From assembly GCF_009914755.1 (NCBI RefSeq), contig NC_060939.1: DNA of 64,000 nt. One strand, 5' to 3'. This DNA is from the human T2T-CHM13v2.0 reference genome, Homo sapiens. Shown here one piece after another: positions 1 to 17,229 of this stretch (its first letter is position 1; each line of letters starts with the position of its first letter). The notes below the pieces were generated by a model. That model saw nothing but the letters and a program-made list of their open reading frames with translations, was not told the origin of the DNA and ran no database searches. The translations under genes were made by a program, and so were the position numbers.

Positions 1-69
1 GATTGAATAGATAATATTCCATCTAGTAAAAAACATCACAATGTACTCAACCACTTCCCCACCCCCAAC

Positions 70-198
70 TTTTTTTTTAAATAGATGGGGTCTCATTATC
101 TTACACAGACTAGACTCAAACTCCTGGGTTCAAGCAATCCTCCCACCTCAGCCCCCCAAGTAGCTGAGATTACAGGCATGCAAGTAATCATACCTGGC
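70..198 (-). mobile_element. Alu monomer (FLAM-like)
   Basis: T tail then ctcctgggttcaagcaatcctcccacctcagcc. Confidence 0.8.
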
Positions 199-1399
199 TC
201 CACTTTCCTTTAATAGGGCATTTAGAGTCTATTTATTTGTTATATAGGCCATTTTTAAGGATATAGTTGTTACTATACTTTTTATTACTTCCTTAGTAGA
301 GAATCTCAGAAATGGGACTCGGAATTCAAAAAAAGACAAGAATCCTATGATTCTTGAAACATACTATACCAAACTGCATTCCAAAATGGTGCTATTAATA
401 CATCACCAGTAAGGTATGAAAGAAGGCTGTTCTAAAAACAGCGAAGGCACAAAGCAATTAACATTCACACGTATATCTGAATATATAAAATAAAAATCAT
501 GGCTTATTTACCATTTCTGTAGAATATAATGGTAAAGTCTGTTGCCATTCAAAAGCCTTTTTAAAACACCAGGCTGCCTGCCAAAAGCATAGGACCCAGA
601 GTGGCCATCCCAGTACCAATTTCACTGAATCCATACTCATAATAAGTATCATGCTTTTAAATTTTTTGGCAAACATAAATGAGGAAAAAGGAAGATGCCC
701 TTATCTTAACTTCACATTTCTTTATTGTTAGCAAAACTAAAGTTTTTCCATCTATTTGTTTACTATATTTTGTGACGTGAACTTCTGTTCACTTATTTAT
801 TAGAACTTAATAGATTTTTAAATTGACTTGTATGAACTCAATACAATAAAGATATTAACTGACTACAGTGACTATCAATTTGTTTTCTGCCTTTTAGTTT
901 TTTGGTTTTGCTGAATCAAGCAAAACGATAAAAGAAATTTAAGAAGTCAACATATTAGTTTGCTAGCACATGAAATGGGAGAGGATAGGGTCATCTTGGT
1001 CAGATACTTTAAATAGTATCCAAACAATAGAATAATATGTGTGTTAGACAAATATTTTCCAGTGAACATGAGGACAGTATCTGAGGACAGCTGCCAGTCC
1101 CTAATAAAAGGTCTGGAATTTTGCTGGAGATAAAGGAGGATAGTGGGGCCAAGGGAGTCAGAATTGCTCATCTACAGGTCTATCACAGCCAGTGTGGTGG
1201 CTCATGCCTCTTGATACTGGCCAGCCAGGATTCCTTTCCAGGACAAAGCCCCTACACTGAGAAAAACTACTGGGGGCAGAAAAAAAATTGAACTGGATAG
1301 GGACAACAGAAAGGAAAGATGGAAAGGAAAGAGAATACCAAGACAAAAGTTGGGAAGGGGAACAAACTGGAAAACGACTTTTTTTTAACATTACACACA

Positions 1400-3480
1400 A
1401 AAAAAAACAGAGGGAGGGAGTCTATGGAGTTTAAAAAGCCATCTTAAATCCCAACTCATTCTAAGAGTTCAGGAAAACTAATCCTACGTAGAAATAAGCA
1501 ACAGAAAAGTATTGAGGTCAAATCCCATATGAAGTTATTATAAAGTTGCAGTGAGCCAAGATCATGCCACTGTACTCCAGCCCGGGCAGCAGAGACACCA
1601 TCCAAAAAAAAAAAAAAAAAAAAAGACACAAAGGAAAAACAGAAATCTGAATTACAAACCCTCAAAAATGAGGTAACATAACTCAAGAATTAGAAATAAG
1701 AGAAAAAAATCATTTTGGAACTGAAGACTAAACTAGAAGAAACCCAAAAGTAAATAAATACAGTAGATAATGCCCTAAGAGTAATGAAAGACAAAAAGCA
1801 TTTTTAGAAATTAAAAAATTTAAAAAGACAAAGTATTCAAGAAAAACTGACAAATATTAAAATCAGGCAAAGATCCAACATGCACATAATAGAAATCCCT
1901 AAAGAATAGAACCCAATCAAGGGAATAAAAATAAGAAACTGTAATTTAGGGACATTTTCCTGAAATAAAAAAGATTTGAAACTACATATTGAATTATCAC
2001 ATCTCTAAGAATATCAACCCAGAATGAATAATATCAAGACATATTCTATAGTAAAATTACTGATCTTTAAAGAGAAAAAAAAATCCTTTGGGCTTCTCAG
2101 CAAATATGCATGGCTCACATAGGAAAGAAAATCAGATTACCTTTGGACTTTGACAGTAACAGTTTATGCCAGAAGAGAATGGAGTAACATATTTAAGATA
2201 GACAAGAAGAAAAGAAAATGTGAACTAAAGAAAAGATGAACTAAAGATTATTATCAACACTGACATTCAAGAATAAAGAGCACAGCAATTATCAACATGC
2301 AAAAACTCTGAAATCTTGTTCTGATGAGTCTTTATTGAGAAATCTACTAGAGAATGACCCTCAAACTATCAAAAAGAATAGACACTGACACAGAGACTAG
2401 TATTGAGCATTAAATAAGTAATCATTTGTAGAACTAATACTAAATGAAGGTTAAAACACAGAGACAGGCTGGGCGCCATGGCTCACGTCTGTAATACCAG
2501 TACTTTGGGAGCCCGAGGTAGAAGGATCACTTGAGCTCAGGAGTTTAAGACCAGTCTGGGCAACCATAGCAATACCTCATCTCTACTAAAAATAAAAATA
2601 AAAAAATTAGCCAGGTGTGATGGCACATGCCTGTAGTCCCAGCTACTTGGGAGGCTGAGGCTAGAAGATCACTTGAGCCCAGGAGATAGAAGCTGCAGGG
2701 CACTATGATCACAGCACTGCACACTCTAGCCTGGGCAACAGAGCAAGACTGTCTCAAAAAAAAAAAAAAAATGCAGAGAGTATGTAATAACTATATGGCC
2801 TATATAGATGTAATACAATTATTAAAAAACAGGGAAAGCATAATTTAGAAATTAATTTTTTCAGTAATCATACAGCAGTAATTATTTGTCTTATTTTAGG
2901 ACTGCTGTTTATGTGTCTATGTGTGTAACATGTAATTAAAACAAATGAGTAATAATGGCATATTCTAATTCTCATCCTTGTATCTTTGGGAATTAGCAAT
3001 CTTAGTTTAAAAGGAAGAAGATATAAATGTAAAGGTTAAGTAAAAATTCTATAGCTGTGAATTTGAAAGTATCAGTATGAACTCATTAGGTATCTTAGCT
3101 TTAAAAACACATGTATATACATCCTAGCTCTGTCTACCATGAATATAAAAACCTAGAAATAAGACCAACTCAGTAGCAGTAAGCATTTCTAGCACCCTGA
3201 TTGTGGTCTTGAAATATCATTTTCCAATAAAAGAAACCAGGACTTTTTTCAGAAAACTAGCTAGATGATTCCAGATTGGGGGCAACAAATGTGTAAGATC
3301 AGCCAGAAACAATGAAACGTATCAGAAAGCAAGGAGGCTCTAAAAGATTATGAGGCTTATGTTAAAATAACTTAGGAACCACCCTGAAGAGACTAATAGC
3401 CAAAAATGAAACAACATGACCTTCACTGCAGATAATAATTCAATGTGCTGAAACTCAAATAGGCTTAAATCTGTGGGTTC
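1400..3480 (+). mobile_element. Old L1-family (L1M/HAL1-like) fragments, interrupted by Alu 3' fragment (~1546-1623) and an AluJ
   Basis: A-rich ORF1-like text (gtaaaattactgatctttaaagag, atcagattacc...gccagaagagaatggag) followed by L1M 3'UTR-like sequence. Confidence 0.6.
2467..2771 (+). mobile_element. AluJ
   Basis: Dimeric Alu with ttgagctcagg/ttgagcccagg, A tail. Confidence 0.9.
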
Positions 3481-3487
3481 ATAATGA

Positions 3488-3808
<321 letters not shown>

Positions 3809-3981
3809 TGAAGTTAATTGGCCAAGTTTGGAGGATGGTAGGAAGACAATTCATTAAATTGAAAACTGGTAAATAAAGAGCAGATAGAAAGAATCAAGCA
3901 TTTATTCTGCTCTTCCCATATAAACTGTAGCAGAGTAATCAGTCAATAAGGGAATCTCTTCACAAAAATATTGCAACTAAT

Positions 3982-4380
3982 TGTTGGGAAAAAGCTGAGT
4001 GTTGCGAGGGAAACTGAGGCAGGGCTTGCATAATGTCCTCTCGAATGTGTCTAGACTTGCTGGCTCCTTGCTTCTAGCTCTCCTAGGCTCCTATTCCCAT
4101 TATCTCAAGTAGCAGAACATGTTCCATATAAATGCTAAACCATCACAGCTGTAGACCATGCGCCTGCCCTTTTGACCTCCACATTCTCACCACCTATTTC
4201 TTTGTTGGATTACCAATAAATACCGTGGGGTCCCAGAGCTCAGGGCCTTTGTGGGCTCCACAATAGCCATGGCCCCCTGGTGTCCCACCTTTCTCTCTCA
4301 AACTGTCTTTTTCTCAATCCTTTGAATCCACCGGACTTTGTCACCCCCACGACCTGGTGTTGGGTCTGATCACCCCAACA
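3982..4380 (+). mobile_element. Solo ERVK-class LTR (LTR14A/B-like)
   Basis: Termini TGTTGGG...CCCCAACA; 5-bp TSD ctaat (3977-3981, 4381-4385); TATAAA ~4127; AATAAA ~4215. Confidence 0.8.
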
Positions 4381-4389
4381 CTAATAAAA

Positions 4390-5030
4390 AGAAACGATAG
4401 AATTAGAATATCATATTTTTGCAACAAAGCACAAAAGAATTAATATAGTCATTAAGCATCAAGGGCTAATACCACAAAGAGAGACAACCAGATAGAACCT
4501 AATGGAAGAATACATGTATACAGACATAACACCTGAGACTGATCAAGCCTCTGGATCCAGCTGCCAATTTATAGGAAATACAGAGGATAAAGAAACATAA
4601 GGAACTGCATCATGAGTAATCTATCAGTAAAACCCAGACTGTGGGAAATGCTACAGCCTAGAAAGCCTAGATTCCTGAACAAACATATTGAAGGAAAAGA
4701 AAAATGGAGGAGGGAACCTAGAGATTAAAATATTTAAAAGACTTTCCTTTTTTTTTTTTTAATGGGCAAGACTATAGTGTCTAAGGATGCACATCTGGTT
4801 GACAGAACTATAAAGAAATGCAAGGAAGTGGTCAAAGTCACAATAGTGGTTACTTTGGGGAGGAGAAAAGAGGTTATGACAAGGCTGTGAAAGGGCTTCT
4901 GCAATGACTAAGAAAATTCTTTACCTAGGTACATATTAGAAGGGTATTTATTTTATAATAATTCATTAAGCAATATATGTGTATGCTTTTCTATGTGTTT
5001 TACTTAATACAACATTTTTTCAATTAAAGT
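4390..5030 (+). mobile_element. Old L1M 3' region
   Basis: gatcaagcctctggatccagctgccaatttataggaaatacag and aatagtggttactttggg motifs. Confidence 0.6.
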
Positions 5031-5263
5031 TACCAGCACATAATTCAAAAATCAAAATAAATGAAAGGGTATACATTGAAAAGAATGTCTCCTACTCACC
5101 CCACCCCCACCCTAGATACCCAGTTCCTCTCTCTAGAGGTAACAACTGGTGCCACTTCCTTTTGTAGCTTTTCCAGAGAAAATGGATTATTTTTAAGGGA
5201 TAAATACATGCCATAGCATTTTAACACAAAGTTGTTAATACAAAAGCCACGATTATTACGTAC

Positions 5264-5359
5264 CTCTTCAAAGAGACATAATGCTGCCTCGTAAAGGGAG
5301 CACAAGCCATCCGATGTTCTGGTTGGTTCTCTCCACTGACTCCGATCAGCAGATGAACC
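5264..5359 (-). CDS. HERC1: HERC1 second coding exon (GSSADRSQWREPTRTSDGLCSLYEAALCLFEE)
   Basis: Acceptor ttaattatAG|GGT, donor GAG|GTACGT; 96 nt, open in phase 0 and continuing MRRSL; overlaps track ORF 5096..5305. Confidence 0.95.
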
Positions 5360-5857
5360 CTATAATTAAAACATTGCGGGACACAGCGTAGGAAGGGGAG
5401 AGACACATGCATTAAAATTAGTTAAACAGTCTACAAAAACAACACCTATTTGAAGACCTGTTTATATAATTATGTGCACTGAAACCAAATCCTAACATTA
5501 GGTCATGAAACTAACTTTTGCAAGGAAGTTTTATTAAACGAGCTGGCTACTGCATCACATGATAAATTAAGTGCCAATCCCTCACTGATTACCTGATTAA
5601 AAAGTGATTTATTCCAAGGGACACAGGGCTCTCGAAACAATCAAGGAAGTGGAATTCTGCCAGTTACACACTCTTTGGGTGACCAGTATCCAGAAAATGT
5701 GGTCTCAGGAAATACTCCCCATGGGTATATTGCCCACCTGCCTTCCACCTGACAGAATACAGCCAGCTTTAGTAATGACGTGACCAAAGCAGCAGAAAGT
5801 CTGTCCCTCCCTTCTTAGTTTCACCACAACCAAGGTCCCAGTGTTACAGTGTTACAA

Positions 5858-6100
5858 CCCCCACCACCAGGTATGTCAGGTGACCATCAAGTGATGGTCA
5901 GGCAGTGGTTAACTGTCTCTCTAAAACAATAATTGACTGCAGCCAGCACCAGGGAAAGGCAGTCTCCCAACAGACAGAAAAAAACCCTGAAACTTGTGAT
6001 CAGCAACTTGCTAATAAGATCTCAGGAGCTGGGTGAGTGGGATCAAGCATGCACATTAAGAGGCAAAATGGAGGAGTTTAACTGGTATATGACCTTCTAG
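5858..6100 (+). mobile_element. MER50-like ERV1 LTR fragment
   Basis: tgtcaggtgaccatcaagtgatggtcaggc...gataagatctcaggag-like...gaggcaaaatggaggagtttaactggtatatgacc. Confidence 0.75.
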
Positions 6101-6148
6101 GGTCTTGCTCTGTTGCCAAGGCTGGAATTCAGTGGCAAAGATTATTGC

Positions 6149-7225
6149 TGTGAAAAGGAAATAAAACCTTGAGACTCCAATTCACCCTGACAAAAGAAAA
6201 AAATTAAGCTGACGGCTGACTTATGCAAGAAGCTGCCTTTCCTTTTGTTCCGAAGCAGATAGCTACAGATGAAAGGGTGAATATCCTCATAGGTAACTAC
6301 TCTATGTTCACCTTATCTTATATAAAATGCCTATCTACTGAGCGCCAGAGAAATACATAATTCCACTATTCTGCTCCTTTTCTCTTGCAATTTGTGGATT
6401 CAGTAATGCGACCATACCCTCCTTTGTTCTCCTCCAGCCTGCTTACCCCCTTTAAATAGTGAAGCCCTCAATATCACCTTTGGAAAAAGGCACAGATCTG
6501 TGTAAACCAAAAATAAAATTCAAAGGCCCCCAGCAACCATCTGAATGGACTCCCTCCTATGGGAGGGCACTCTAAAATTTAACCTGAAGAACTGATTCAG
6601 GCCAGGACGGGAAGTGGGAGATCGGACATGCCTCATTATATCCATCCAGCGTTAACATCAATACTGATCTTAAGTCTAAAAAGAAACATTTACAGTCTAT
6701 TCTCTCTAAGCCTGCTACTTGGAGGCTTCATCTGCATGATAAAACCTACCTCTCCCACAACTCCTTATTGTAACCCACACATTCCACTAACTCTTTCAAC
6801 GAACGGCCAATCAGAATATGTTTAAATCTACCTATGACCTGGAAGCCCCCCACCTTGAGTTATCCCATCCTTTCAGATCAAACCAATAAGATCTTACATG
6901 TACTGATTGATATATTATGTCTCCCTAAAATGTATAAAAGCAAGCTGTACCCCAACTGCCTTGGGCACCTGCCACCAGGACTTCCTGAGGCTGTCACAGG
7001 CATGTCCTTAACCTTGGCAAAATAAACTTTATTTTATTTTTTTGAGACTGTTTCGCTCTTGTCACCCAGGCTGGAGTGCAATGGCTTTCTAAACTGATAG
7101 AGAAAGATCAATTTCTTGTCTCAGACACTTCTTGGTTTACACTCATCTCCCAGGCATTGTCCTTAACCTTGACAAAATAAACCTAAATTGATTTGCGACC
7201 TGTCTCAGATAGTTTTTGGTTTACA
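6149..7225 (+). mobile_element. MER4C-like solo LTR (outer), interrupted at 6501-7141
   Basis: TGTGAAAAGGAAATAAAA start, TTTGGTTTACA end. Confidence 0.75.
6501..7141 (+). mobile_element. MER4B-like solo LTR (inner), with ~55-bp antisense Alu fragment at ~7030-7085
   Basis: TGTAAACCAAAAATAAAATTC start, TTGGTTTACA end. Confidence 0.75.
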
Positions 7226-7473
7226 TAACTCACTATAGCCTCAACCTCCTGGGCTCAAGTGATCCTCCCACCTCAGGATCTACTAATAAAGCTTATTATT
7301 AAGGCTTATTAACTATTAGTAAATATTAAAATGTATTTATACTATTAATATAATCATAGAGGTCAAACATTAACTTCATCAATATTAATCCGATTAATTT
7401 GATTAATACTAATTTATTTATGTTATATTATATATTAGTAATTAATTAAAATTAATATCATTAAAAGCATATT

Positions 7474-8880
<1,407 letters not shown>

Positions 8881-9402
8881 ACAGCAAATATCTTGCTACC
8901 CTCAAATCAATGAAATGTCAATCACTTTGGAGAGTTCTCCGAAGAGCTGAGTATTACATGGCAGAACTTTTTTGTCATCTAACAAGTTCTCCCTCTGCCT
9001 TCAAAAGCTGCTATGATGAAGTCCATGTGAATGACTTTCACACCACTCTCCTCACCCCAGCAAAGCTGCAGAGAAGTTTAATCTTCAGTCTCTTCATATA
9101 GCTTCCTTTTCTCCAAGATCTTTATAAATTTACTATGTAAAGCTTCCTGTTGTCATAGTCTCCGTTATCGCCCCACCCCATTAATAATCATTATTCTTAA
9201 TTATTCTCTTCAGCTGTTCCAAATCCCTCACTTCTCAGATAGCTTTCAATAACTATGATAGCTAATCAGAGCCTTCCAATCATAGCACATTGCTCATCGT
9301 CTTCAGATCTCTGATTCTATTCGACTGTTTCTCTTATTGCTGGGTCATCTGCTATTAACCTGCTGCTGCCAAGTCAGTTTTTCTTTTTAATTATTTAGGA
9401 TG

Positions 9403-9561
9403 TTGCTTCTCAAATTTCAATGTTGACACGAATTACCTGGTGATCTTGTTAAAATACAGATCCTAATCAGTAAGTAGAGAAGAAGCCTAAGATTCTGCAT
9501 TTCTAACAAATGTAGGTGATGCCAGTGCTATTGTCTGTGGCTCACACTTTGAGTAGTAAGG
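9403..9561. mobile_element. MER5-like hAT-Charlie MITE
   Basis: ttctcaaa...ttgttaaaatacagat...tgcatttctaacaa...cacactttgagtag. Confidence 0.75.
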
Positions 9562-9859
9562 CTTCAGAGTCCAGACTCAGGTATGGAATCATATCAGAAG
9601 CTAAGTGTTTAAAAGTAACTAGTCCCTAGACATACAATGTGTTGCTACAACAACAAATACTTGGTTGCAACCTCTCCAAATTCCCTAGTTAGCTGTGAAG
9701 CATTTCTGAGAAAAATCGCAATTGTGATCTGTGGCTTCGTTATCTAAAAGCCAACTCTAGTGATCACCAAAACAAAAACAGGTAAGGAGTAGACTGATGT
9801 ACCTTTCTAGGAGCTGGCACCAGGGCCATCATGATCCCTCTTTTATGCCTTTCTACAGT

Positions 9860-10085
9860 ATGGAGAAAAATGTTGAAAACAGCATAAAGTTTTTAGTGAT
9901 AAACTTGGGTTTAAATCTAGGCTCCATCCCTTACTGGCTCTTACTGAAAGGGTCTCATCCTGAGATGGGAATGATGCCCACAACATTTAGAGCTGTTACA
10001 TAATTAACTGAAATTATGTGTAAAACATGCTTAGCACAGTTCCCACTACATAGTAAGATCTCAAAACTGATAGCAATAATTATTA
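9860..10085 (+). mobile_element. MIR fragment
   Basis: tgggtttaaatctaggctc...tgtaaaacatgcttagcacagt. Confidence 0.55.
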
Positions 10086-10303
10086 TTTTGCATTATGTAT
10101 ATATATATTGAGAAAGAAGAGAAAATACTGGGAGCCTTTAATAAATTACTGCCAAATTTAACAATACCAAACCAACAAAATATCCCACAAACACTGTAAT
10201 GACTGTTGTTAATTTCTCAACAAAAAAGTCAGTATTTAAGGATAAGTCTACTCCAGCTTCAGTCAGTTACGATTGAAGACACACCTAAAACTCATTCTAC
10301 ACA

Positions 10304-11064
<761 letters not shown>

Positions 11065-11229
11065 TTAGTTACCTTCCTCTTATCTACCATACTAAATGAC
11101 AATTTTTTTCCCCTCACATTTGTCTGCTTAAGATATTCAAAGACATAAGATTAGACGGAGTACATTTCCTTCCGTTCTGGCTGTTTTTACTCAAAATTGC
11201 TTCAATAACTCCACATTACATATGGGATC

Positions 11230-11680
11230 AAGTCCCCAAAGCCTATAGCATGGGATACAGGGCCCTGCCTAGCTTGCAGCCTCAATCTCATCTCATTCCA
11301 TTCCATACATCCCGGGGCTTGCTCTCCCCACAACTCAATCGCTTTGTGAGCCTCTCATCTGAAAAGTTCTCCAGCTCCCCTGACACACACACCTCACAAT
11401 TGCTGGCAAAACCCTCCTACTTTTCAAATAACCTCAGGGGTACTTCCTCCGTAAGACATTTTCGGTCCCTTTGCCTCCCGCCCTCTTCTTTCATCCCATC
11501 ATCTCCTCCCAGTACAGACTTCTACTATAGCCCATTATCATTAATTTGAAATGTCTGTGCATCCCTCTTTCATTACACTGTGGGCTGTCTAAAGACATGG
11601 ATGCTCCAAAGCTTATTCATCTTTTTAACCCAGTGCCTAGCAGTATCTGGCACAACATGTGCAGTAAACACCTAGTGGCA
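11230..11680 (+). mobile_element. L2 3' fragment
   Basis: cccagtgcctagcagtatctggcaca 3'-end-like motif, pyrimidine-rich body. Confidence 0.5.
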
Positions 11681-12034
11681 TCAAAGGTGAATGGCGTACA
11701 TATGGTTATTTTTTATAATTTGAAGATGTACACTGAGATTACTTCCCTATTCTCATATAAGTTAATGAATATATTGTGTGTTCCCACCAAATTCATTACA
11801 TATGTGTGGGCAGCAGAGATTAAGAATCACACAAGTAAATACAATTTACCGATTGAACTTATTTTTGTTAGGTCTTGTACCAGATACTCAATAGATGGTT
11901 ATGTGTCTCTCCCTCTAACTTATAGCTGGGAGATAAGTTCTGGCCCAGTTACTCAAGGATAGAGAAATTCAAGACGGGGAGGATCAGGTCAGGTTGGGGT
12001 CTAGTGTATCAGAAGAGGCTCTACAAACTTCCTA

Positions 12035-13302
<1,268 letters not shown>

Positions 13303-14329
13303 GGGAAAAAGGAAAAATATTTAAACTATCCAGTCAATTATCAAATATGCATACAAGCCTAGACAATGAGGCTAAATGGACACTGAGAAAAGAAATCTAT
13401 TTTCTGGGGTACCCTCTTCCCATTAAGGAGCAATATTGTAGAATAAGGCCTTAGAAGGTAAGGTCCTCGAGGAAGAGGCTTCTGCCTCAAGGTAACTAGC
13501 ATTTTGTTCAAACACACCATTGGCAAACATTTAATCATATAACTATATTGTGCAATGATTAATATCTTTTTTGTAACAAAGGTAATGCAAAATAAATAGC
13601 CCGTAAAATGAGGAATTAAGTGACTTCTTACAGAAATATTAACATGTGACCATAAATACATTATTTTATTGTTTTAATATATATATATTAAATATATTAT
13701 TTTAGGTCAATAAATCACTTTACAGACTTGAAAGGAGTATAACATAAGAGGATGTTACCAGAAAGTATTAAGAATCAGAAAACAAAGTTAGAAAAACATG
13801 TGCAAATGAGAGGATTTGAATATTGAATAAGAAAACACAAAGAGGCCTACACGCCTCCCACAGCTGGTCCCTAAAGCCTTTCCTAATTATTACATCATTG
13901 CATCCCTGGGCAACTCAAGTGAAGAACACAGAACCCATGTCAACATTCCATATCCCAAACAAAGCACGGCATGCTTTTCTTATTTATTTTTATGTAACAG
14001 TAAGAAATTCAAATTTTCATAGATCTTATGATCTAAAATCCCCAAGTACTTACCTATGATAAAATTGTAAAACATGACCCAATATTTACCATTTAGTTCA
14101 TAAATGCAAAAAGTAGGTGAAAACTTAAATGTCCCTGGTTTGAAAATAAATTCAACATAATTGGATTTTATGAGACACTCCTGTCCAAAAGCTTTCTACT
14201 TGTTGCGGGTAGGGGGAGACTTGAAATATACATATATCATTTATAAGTGACATTTTTAGTTATTTTAACTAAATAGATTTGTTGGTTGACATCTGGTAAC
14301 AAAGGATACCGAAAAGACTAATCAATGTA

Positions 14330-15013
<684 letters not shown>

Positions 15014-15169
15014 TAAATTTGTATTTTAACATTTGAATTTTTATTCTTGGTTTTCACAAAGGTATATTTCAGTCTTACAAATTCTTGAAATTGATTATAC
15101 TACGCTATTTTATTATTTATTCTTTAATGTTGTATCCAAGGTTATGATAGTCAAATAATTAATTTCCTC

Positions 15170-15505
15170 TGACAACACGCTCTTCACAGATCTTTCCTTA
15201 GCTCATCACTTCCCTTCATTCTGGTCTCTACTTTAATGTCACAATTCAGAGAGTCATCCCCTGACCACATTAACTAAAACAGCAACTTTTCACCTCCCAA
15301 ACTCTGTCCTAAGTCTACCAGTCTCTATTCCCTTTCCCTCTTTTATTTTTCTTCTTAGAAATTTTCACTACCTGAAATTATATATTTATTATCTGACTCC
15401 TCTACTAGGCTGTTAGCTCCATGGGGGTGGAAACTGTATCCTCAAGGCTGTTGCCCCAAGGTGTAGAATAGTACTTGGCATACAGTAAATGTTTAATATA
15501 AATTG
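15170..15505 (+). mobile_element. L2 3' fragment
   Basis: tgttagctccatggggg...tagaatagtacttggcatacagtaaatg. Confidence 0.55.
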
Positions 15506-15862
15506 GGAAATATGAAAATAAGAGGTTTTTTTTTCTAAAGACCTGCTGATCACTAGCCAAAATCTCTAATTTTTCATAAGTTCGCTAAAACATAAAGTTA
15601 GATGAATTTCCCTAGTTCACATGAGAATCCACAAAGCTAAAACTATAAACCTGACTTCTGATGCAGTAGTCTTAACACTGTACCAACCATATATTATCAA
15701 CATGCATAAAAGTTTCTTCACTCCAAGTATATGAAATATTTAATTAACTCAACAATCACCAAAAGTCTCAAATCATTCACTATTACCACCAATTCATTAA
15801 AAACTGCATTGACTTTTCCAAAAACTATTATGAACTTTAAAGTTGAGACTTATAGTACGTAC

Positions 15863-16792
15863 CAAAGAACGCCTCATCTGCATTAATATGGTCATAAAGC
15901 AGTCAAAGCTGATCATTCCTTCCTGGCTTGAGAGTAGTTTGCCTTTCTCCATGGTGTGTACAACTGCCGAAGCCCCCAAAGCCATTTCTATCCATTCAAG
16001 AAGATATCGCAATGAGCCTCGTTGAGCTGCCAAACCAAGCAGCAACTCAGAAGCTAATCTACGACCTAAAGTGTCTGCCCCAGAATTAGGAATAGTGACT
16101 CCTTTAAGAAATGTTGTTACTTGCGATAAGCAGTCCAAGCCCATAGGAGGAATCTTGCTTTCATTTGCTAATGATAATGGTGGCAAAGAGCTCACAACTT
16201 CAATTGCAGTATGAATGACATCGTTGCAAAGACTGAGACCAGGTCCTGACACAGGCATCATCCAACTTTGTCTTAGAAGCGCAAATAATAAACTTAGACC
16301 AGTTCGAACACCCATTTCTATAAGTGCATCAGTGCTTGACCGGGGGCGTTCACTAACAGAATGGACATCTGCTGAACCAGAACTGCTCTCCGGAGAATGC
16401 TGCTGCTGCTTCACCTTGCCTTTGTCATGGTATTTATTAGAAAGTGCATAAAAGACACGCTGGAGTACAAGCAGTCGTTTTCTAAGTGCCCCGGCAAATG
16501 GGGAATCTGAACATACCATCTTTGCCAATGCTAGCTGGCTGCTAAGAAGGGCATCCAAATAGTGGTCCTGCTCATCACTTGAAAGAGACTCACGTTCAAA
16601 GTCTGGCAACTGTGGTCCTTTGAGGCATAAAACTTGTTGGGGCAAAGGTACTACTTCCTTATTGCTAACCAGTTTAGAATACAGAACAGCAACTCCCTCT
16701 CTTGTAGCAATAGATTCACTGTCCTCTGTAATCCAGGAGCTGTTCAAGTGTTCAAGCCATTTCAGCTTCACTGGTGGAATCATAGTTGCCAT
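15863..16792 (-). CDS. HERC1: HERC1 first coding exon (codons 1-310, MATMIPPVKLKWLEHLNSSW...MQMRRSL)
   Basis: 331-aa ORF in the track; strong Kozak AACATGG; donor TTG|GTACGT (GT at 15862-15861); 930 nt, phase 0; the last 21 aa of the ORF are intron read-through. Confidence 0.97.
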
Positions 16793-16818
16793 GTTGATTT
16801 ATCCTTCAGCCATTAGTC
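16793..16818 (-). other. HERC1: 5'UTR part of the ATG exon, containing uORF M-A-E-G-stop (16813..16799)
   Basis: Acceptor gttttctcttctccctttgcAG|GACTAATGGCTGAAGGATAAATCAACATG (AG at 16820-16819). Confidence 0.9.
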
Positions 16819-16890
16819 CTGCAAAGGGAGAAGAGAAAACAGTCAAAAACATACAGAGGACTCATAAAATGTTTCCAAAATTTCATCTTA

Positions 16891-17229
<339 letters not shown>

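Larger units (their letters stand above)
6099..7277 (-). mobile_element. Old Alu right-arm piece split in two (6099-6148 and 7226-7277) by MER4 LTRs
   Basis: agggtcttgctctgttgccaaggctgg...gattattgc resumes as taactcactatagcctcaacctcctgggctcaag. Confidence 0.75.

Noticed and set aside
15797-15862. 331-aa ORF as a stand-alone gene
   Set aside because: A GT donor at 15862 joins in frame to the 5359 exon; the tail is intronic unless intronic polyadenylation is shown
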